Assembly (NCBI GenBank): GCA_965178125.1
Contig: OZ237764.1
Span: 372,001 to 436,000 of the forward strand
Origin: Bilabrum cf. latius
Taxonomy: Eukaryota
Direction: 5' to 3'
Length of the DNA stretch: 64,000 bases
Positions 57,069 through 64,000 of the stretch are shown piece after piece. How positions within the stretch are numbered: the stretch's first letter is position 1; each line of letters begins with the position of its first letter. The translations under genes were made by a program, and so were the position numbers. A model generated the notes under the pieces. It was not told the origin of the DNA. It searched no databases and saw nothing but the letters and a program-made list of their open reading frames with translations.

Positions 57069-60000
57069 ATGTCGATGGATTCTCTTCACGATGTGGCCGA
57101 GACTGCCTTGGATCGGTGGAAGCAGAAATTTCGAGCAGAGGTTGGGGCTGACGCTGGGTTGCCGATGGACGAGTCGGACTTTTTGCAGCACTTGGCCGCT
57201 CACAGACAATTAGGGGCAGATGGGAAGAAAGACATAGTTGAGAGCGTACACTGGCCTAGAAATTCGGGGAGCATTAGTCCCAGACCAATGTCTGCCCGTC
57301 CCAGCATGCGAACCGGCTATGGATTCGATGAATCGACCTCAAAACAGTTCAAAAGTGCCAGGCCAACGAGCGCACGCGCTACAGCATCTCGCACAGGAAA
57401 AGGACCGAAGCTGCACAGAGTTGGGTTTTCGGCAGCGCACCACAAGTCGCGAATCAGACCGCGCACGGCAGCCACGGCTCGGACAGCCGGGGGCAACACT
57501 GTGCTCACGATCGGCCGCAGAGTGCTAGTGGGGGGCGACGCTCAGACAGGAAATGCACCATTCCATGACTCAGACGCATTGAATAGTCCGCGATCCAGCG
57601 CCCGCGGCAGCTCCCGCGTAGGGCCACCTGCCCTGACCGTGGGAAGCGCGGCCACCGGGGACAACGGCGCGCTCGTCACGCCGACAGTTGCGAACGACGG
57701 TCAGATTTGGTCGCACCATGGTGACCGAGACCCAGCAGGCCGCGCCAGCCCCAGCCCAGTCACCCGAGTTGATCTCGCCGGCCACGTGCAGCTAGGGCCG
57801 AGGACCCGGCAGTCCGACGTCCTCGGGATTGGGGGCATACCTGCCTGGGGAACACAAGCCTCGCAGGTGCAACCGGTTGCAGCCAATTTGACCCGACCAC
57901 AGTCTGCTCGGGCCCGCAGAGCACCCGCTGGAGCGGGCGAAGGTGCAGCAAGCGGCCTAGGCCTCGGTGGTATCGCCTCCACCCCCATCAGGAGGCCCTC
58001 CACCGCCAGAGCCAGTCGGAGCAAGGACCCGGAATCGGAATTCAACGGCTCCTCGAAGGGCCGTCCTTCCACGGCGGGGGCCAGGCGTCCTCGCCCCCCG
58101 CCTTCCTCCACGACGGCAGCCGCCGCCGTGCGCATGGCGGGGCGGCCCCTGGGCTCCAGACCCCGGTACCTGAGGGAAGCGGAGATTCCCGGCGGAACGT
58201 TTAGCCGGAGGAGGGACAGATCGGAGCGGCCCTGGACGGCCGGTCCGAGGGGTGGGGCTGGGGTAGGCAGCAGGGGACAGGGGTTGGGCCCTGCGTGGGC
58301 CTTTGAATCCGGAGAGCAGGCAAGGCAGCTGCAGAGGGAGCGTGCGATCGTTGAGGTGCTGCTGGCCGGTGATGATCCCGTGAATGCTCTCAGGAACATG
58401 GCCAAAGGGAGGCGCGGATCCAACAATGTGGTTAAGCCAGGATCTAGTTGGATCCGCGCCTCCGACGAGCTTGATGGGGTGGTCAAACAGGCGGGCGCTC
58501 CCTCCGGCCCGGGCATGCCAGTGCCAGTGCAAGCACCCATGCCAGTCCCACGGGTAAGGTCACAAGCGTCAGACAGCAAGCATGCCATGGACGCTGTGTT
58601 TCCTAAGGCCGGTGACGATTCTCTGTTCCTTGACGAGGGCAAGGAGCAGCAGGAGCGCAAGGATGAGCTAGGCCTAGCTAGCAGCGATCAAGGAATCGAT
58701 TCCGAGGAGGCGGATGGCAGTGACACTGATAGCGATGGATTGCGAGAGACCGTGAAAGTCATCGAGCACAGCCACGGGATCGTGCAGCTGCTGAACGACG
58801 CCGCAAAGAGCAGGCGGAAGCACTCACACTCCCAGGACGGCCCAGAAGCGCCAGGAGATGCCGCTTTAGCCAGCGGCGTGGATAGGCTGCACGACCTGCA
58901 GCGCACCACCGGCAGGCACCCGGTGCCTCGTCCCCCACCTCACAAAAATGCCACCACCGCCACCACCCAGCAGCGGCACGACAGTGCCCGACACACAGCA
59001 TCAGATGGAGCAGCAGAGCTGGCAGATGCGACCGAGCGCGGAAGCGGTGACGAAGCAACGGGCGATGACATGGTTCACGAATCGTCGCAGTTGCATGACG
59101 GCGAGTTCGTTGACGAGGAAGAGGCCATCCAGGAACCGGAAGAGCTGGAGGACCCTCGGTACGCCTCCACGAAACTCATCCCCGCTGATGATGAGGCCCA
59201 GATTGCGAAGCTCCTCCCGCCCAGACTCATCGCCAGGATCAATCGAATGCGCAGCCGATTCGACATCGCTGCGGCAGCGCAGGACACGAGCCTTCGGCTG
59301 CTGCGAAGCAGGGTCAATCGGGCCGAGGCCAGCGCAGGGGACGCCGTGGCAGAGGCCATGCGGCTCCGTGCCGAGCTCAGGAAACTGCAGGCCGTCCGAT
59401 CGAGGGAACAATCCGAGCAGCGAGCCGTGGCGTCTGACGTGAAGGGGTGGCAGGACGAGTGCGACCGTCTCGGGCGGTTGCTACGCAGGGAGCGGGTCGA
59501 GCATGATGCCACGCGGGACGACTTGAGGAACGTCCGCGACGAGGCCTCTGGGGCGTGGCACGAGCTGGTGAGACTAAGGGAGGCCATGCGGTCCGCTGAG
59601 TCGGAGCTGAGTCACCAGGAAGGCAAGGTGCAGAGCAGGGGCGTGTCGCTGCACGGTGCCGGGCTGGAGGAAGGAGGTGTGGCGCAGCGAGCACGGGAAC
59701 TGGCACTTGCGCTGCAGCGGGAGCTAGACACGGCGGAGGCTAGGCTGCGCGCTAAGAGGGAAGAGCTGGAGGAGGAGAGGATCAGGCACGACCGGGAGCT
59801 GCAGAGGATTAGAGACGAGCTCACGATGGCCAAGGCGCGGGTTCGAACCCGGGATGCCACGGTCCAGCAGCAGAAAAAACAGATCGCCGAGCTGAAGTCG
59901 AGGGCCAGCGCCGATGCTGCTGGAGCCAAGGAGGAGCTGGAGGGGCTGCGCAGGCAGGTTGAGTCCCTGAACGGGCAGATGGGTGCTCTGAGACAGGAGG

Positions 60001-62864
60001 CCTCCAAGGCGCGTAAAGAGCTTGGTGAGGCGAAGGCTGCAGCAGCTGCAAGCGCTCAGCGCGTGGAGTCTATGCAGAAGGAAGTGGAAGAGGCGGCTCG
60101 GCTGTCGGACGAGGCCGAAGACGACATGCAGCGGATGCGCGGGGAGCTTGCCGAGGCCCAAAGCAGGGAGGAGGCAGAGCGGGAGCACGTGGTTGAGCTG
60201 CTGGAGAGGGTGGGGCGCCTGAAGGAGGCCAATGAAGCGCTGGAGAAGAAGGTCGTCGAGCTGGAGGCGCGACACGCTGCTCTTCCACAGTTCTGGAAGG
60301 AGGCGCTGATGGACGTGGGCAGCGGCAGCAGCACGGTGGAGCCCGGGCGTGGGCGTGGGAGCGGAGCGGGGGAGGAAGGGCTGCTTGGCGAGGGCGAAAA
60401 GCCCAGCTCGATGACGGATGGTGTGACGAGTACTGTGGGCACGGACTTGTTCTCTGTGTCCGAGGATCCCAGGGAGGGAATGGCGGATCCGTCGGGCATG
60501 GACGGAGACGGCGACCTGGACGGCGTGCACCGCGTGGTCGCTGGAGAGTCGCTGGGCGGCGGGGACGTGGAAGGGACGTTGGATGCCGCAGGCGGATCCA
60601 GCGCCACGACGGGCCGTGGCAGCAAAGCATCGCTTGCACCCTCCTCCACGGACCGTCCCCAGTCGCGTGCTTCCGGCATGAATAGCCAGGCGGGCGGTTC
60701 TTCCGTTGGAGGTGCGTCGGCTCCCACCACTCCAGTGGACGGTAGGCATAGAGCAGTGTCGGATGCAGGGGGATCACCGATGAATCGAAAGCTGCAGGTG
60801 CGGCCCACGTCTGCTGCCCTGCATCGCCCTGGCTCGTCTGCTCTCATGGGGTCGAGCGGCAGCCCAAAGAGGCCGCGCGCCGCTGGCCGAGCAGGGGTAG
60901 CGTCACAGTCCATGCCCAACCAGACGTCGATGCTTCGGGCTGCGCTCGAGGCTACGGAACAGGCGGCCGAGAGGCGCATCCAGAGCGTCAGGGGCGAGTT
61001 AGCCTCGGAGCGAGAGGGTCGGAAGGGCCTACGCAAGGAACTGCAAGAGGCCCGAGCAAAATCCACATCCGTGAGGATGCAGCTGGCCGCGCTTAGAAGG
61101 AAGGTGGCAAGGGGAAGCAATGAGCTCGAAGCTTTGCGCGAAGAGCGGGAGCAGCTGACAGACGACCTTGCCCTGGCTTCGGGCAAGGTGGCCTAGCTGG
61201 AGGAGAGCCTCAAGGAGTCGAGCACCCAGCTGTCGCATGCCAGATAGCAGGCTAAGCAGAGCGAAGCTGACCGCAGACAGGCTGCCTCTAAGGCGGCTAT
61301 CTACGAGCACCAGCTCAAGCAAGCTGAGGACTGGCGCAGCGATGTGCAGAGCGGAGTGGGCAAGTGGCGGGCGGACGTCAAGTCAGAGGCGCAGGATCGG
61401 ATCATTTAGCTGGCCAGGGGACTGAAGGACATCGACCTGATGCTGCGGGATGCCGCCGGACTTGCCCGCACGGTTCCGCTAGGGACTCTCATGCAGCCAG
61501 GATCGGCCCGCTCGCAGGTGAAGGACAGGTTTGAAGAGGTGGCTGGCATGACCAAGCACGCCCAGCGCAAGCTCAGCAGCACCGCAAGGCGATGCACCAC
61601 GGCGCTGCAGCAGCTGCACGTCGGTTTCCCAGTGCTGCTGCCCTCCGCACTCGGCGCGTATGCTTCTTCCGAGTCAAAGCAGGCGTACAAAATCATGCAT
61701 CTGGACGAAGATGACGGCCAAGGAGCTAGAGATGGGGACCATGATGGGCCTGCAAGCGGATCAAAACTGGTTATTAGGAATGACGCGAGCCCCAGGGACC
61801 GTCGAGAGGCTCCCGGCGGATCTGGACCCAAGGGTGCCCGCAAGCGGAGCAGGTCAGTGTCCAGGGGAAGCGTGCACAGCAAGGCACGGGCAGGTGCTGG
61901 GCGGGAGGGAGATGCAGAACACGGCTTGGGACACGCTGCCGCTGCCGAACCGACCAACGCAGCACCGCGCACCCCGCGCAAGCAGTTGTTTGGAGGTGCA
62001 ACGGATCCCACGGATGACGCAGACGACGAGTGGGGCGGCAAACCGGGGGCAGCGCCGGCAGGGAGCCCTCAGAGCGTCGTCGCTGGTGTGACGAGTGATG
62101 GTGTGACGAGAGCATCTTCGGGCGCGGCAGTGGCATCGTCCTCGGCTCCGAGGTACAAGCACCTCGAAACCGACGACGGCTCCCACCTGCCTCCCATGAG
62201 GCGTACTAAGCATGTGCCTGACATTGAGCCCGCCGGCAGTTCTCTTCAATCGAAATCGGGCAGGGGGCGTGGATCCAAGAGAGGGAAGAGGAGTCCCATG
62301 GCAAGCAGCAGGAGCAAGGGGGGAGAACGAACAACCGCTGCCAAAAGCACAAGCACAAGCAGAAGCCCAACATCGAGGTCGAGTCCAAGCCAACAAGAGC
62401 ACAGTGAAACCTCAGTAGACCCTCGGCAGATGCACGTGCATAAGGCAAAGTGGACGGACGGTGGGCTGGCTAGCGTTAGCCGCACTGGTGTGACGAGTGC
62501 GCGACTGAACATGCGGCTAGGTGGCGATGGTGAAGACAAAGACGATGAGTCAGGCTCGCCAGCCAAGACCTAGCGCGGTGGCAGTGCCGAGGCTCGTGGG
62601 GCTCGCGGGGTCGGCGTTCCTCCCGGATCCATGGGTAGTCCAGGCGCGGGGCGGCTTGTTTCACGCGGAAGCATAGGCAGGGGTTCGTCCGTTTTGCGCG
62701 CGTCGAGAGGCGCGCGGGGCACAGGGCATGGTCTGTCGGGGGTGCGCACTGGCAGCGTGCATGGTCCAGGGCCAGGGCCAGGGCCAGGGCCAGGGTCTGG
62801 CAGTCGGATCGGCGATGCCATCGCAAAGGCGGTCGAGGAAGGCGCACTGGGGTTCAATGGGTGA
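57069..62864 (+). CDS. Very large coiled-coil protein with disordered termini (~1930 aa)
   Basis: ORFs 57069-61196, 61440-62573 and 62631-62864 share a frame and are joined through four TAGs, three in or just after the coiled coil (e.g. KVA*LEESLKE). RPxSA/RPSTA motifs. Ends in TGA. Confidence 0.75.
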
Positions 62865-63153
62865 TGCGATGCATGCCGGCAAGAAAATCGGAGCTCTGAT
62901 GCCTCAAGCGCTATGTAGGCCGAGCCAAGGCTACGACGCTGGGAGTGTGGCTGGGGGTCGGGAAGGAACCGGGATGAGCTGCGTTGCTTGTCGAGTGTGT
63001 TTGCGCTTCGGATGGGTATGCGCAACCGTTCGGGCAGGACAGACCTCCCTGAGGGCAAGTCAGACGGGTGGTGCTGGTCTAGACTCTAGATTACTATTGC
63101 GTATACAAATACCTTTGGATCTACAAGCAGTACAAGTATGCCATGCCACGGGA

Positions 63154-64000
63154 TCAAGAAATGATGCACGAACCGGGGCGCGGATTAGGCGGCAATGGGC
63201 CCGCCCTACCGGCCCCCGGATAAGAGGGCCCCGCTGACGATTGGTAACCACTTGCGTGCGATGGCATCCCCAGGTTGGGAAGTGGCCTTGGCCTTGCGTG
63301 GGCGATGGGAGGCCGGCCTGGTCTCGCCCCGTGATGCGTCGAGTGACCGGTTGCTGGTGCACCACCTTGCGCTGCGCCAGGCACCCCGTTCACTCCACTG
63401 CTCTGGTGAATCGGCTCGAAGTTGCCATTGCAGTACGTTGTGTCCCCCTTGATATCGTCTAGCCGCTCCCACACAACCGACGGCGCACCCTGTGCCAGGC
63501 CCTGGTCAGTCACGAGAAGGAACACCCTACCTTTGTGCACCGTCATGGTGTTGTAGTGTAGGTTCCTAAAGAATACCGCGACGTCGTGCTCCGCCAGCGA
63601 GTTCTGCAGCGCGACCAGCCCTGGCATCGTGATTTGCCCAGCGGTTTCCCGGAGGAACCTGCCCACTGCCTCCGACTGCACCGAGCGCGGTATTCGGGGC
63701 GATTTCGATTCAGAGGCAGATCCGCTGCCAGATACTTCGGCGGGCGGTGGCAAGCCTGTATCGGTACCTGACGATGCCGCTGCTGCCCCGTTTGCTTCCG
63801 CTTGAGGACCACTAGAAGCCCGCCGAGCAGCAGAGCGCTCTGTTGCCGCGCTTCCGGTGGCCGGCTGTGTGCTGGGTGTCGATCCACTAGAAGATAACAA
63901 TGGTACGTCCTGCCGTTGAGGAGCACGAGGGGGTTCGAATGGAGCAGCTGCTCGGGAGGACCCAATCCCCGGCTTGCTCTCCTCCACGGAAACAACACCA
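63154..64000 (-). CDS. MINDY1: MINDY-1/2 family K48 deubiquitinase, 3' part
   Basis: FLRETAGQIT..GL..L, VFFRNLHYNT (catalytic His), FLLVTDQG and VVWERLDDIKGD. Ends in TGA. Runs off the window edge. Confidence 0.85.
   Translation of the reverse strand, partial: GVVSVEESKPGIGSSRAAAPFEPPRAPQRQDVPLLSSSGSTPSTQPATGSAATERSAARRASSGPQAEANGAAAASSGTDTGLPPPAEVSGSGSASESKSPRIPRSVQSEAVGRFLRETAGQITMPGLVALQNSLAEHDVAVFFRNLHYNTMTVHKGRVFLLVTDQGLAQGAPSVVWERLDDIKGDTTYCNGNFEPIHQSSGVNGVPGAAQGGAPATGHSTHHGARPGRPPIAHARPRPLPNLGMPSHASGYQSSAGPSYPGAGRAGPLPPNPRPGSCIIS

Noticed and set aside
482-62864. TAG as pyrrolysine, Trp (A-to-I editing), Leu or Glu
   Set aside because: Paralog and motif columns mostly show Gln. Pyrrolysine is not known from eukaryotes and no pyl genes are present. 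A few Glu columns exist but are a minority. U-to-C editing cannot be excluded from DNA alone but is less parsimonious.
482-62864. TAGs as splice acceptors of tiny in-frame introns
   Set aside because: Homologous sequence is collinear across the TAGs with no length difference, and the real introns here are about 85-250 nt ending in GCAG.

Overview
A GC-rich, very compact eukaryotic (protist-like) nuclear region with short GT-AG introns and about 20 protein-coding genes. The main result is that the window does not use the standard genetic code. Many ORFs in the supplied track break at in-frame TAG codons. Reading TAG as an amino acid joins the pieces into complete genes, with intact signal peptides and motifs, that end in TGA or TAA. 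Paralog columns (TAG opposite CAG/CAA) and conserved motifs (GH28 DDTAAI[Q]KA, a UIM) indicate TAG = Gln, while TAA and TGA remain stops. Read this way, the window encodes: a secreted beta-helix glycosidase-like protein; a tandem trio of large paralogs of unknown family; two coiled-coil proteins; an ammonium transporter with a very long tail; two inverted SEC63 paralogs flanking ESS2/DGCR14; a GH28; an NPL4-like protein with a Zn finger, UIMs and UBA; a PA14/GH63-like hydrolase; NASP; a ~2400-aa FG-GAP surface protein; a pseudokinase-ARM protein; an AP endonuclease; and a MINDY deubiquitinase. All translations and counts were done by hand and no database searches were run.
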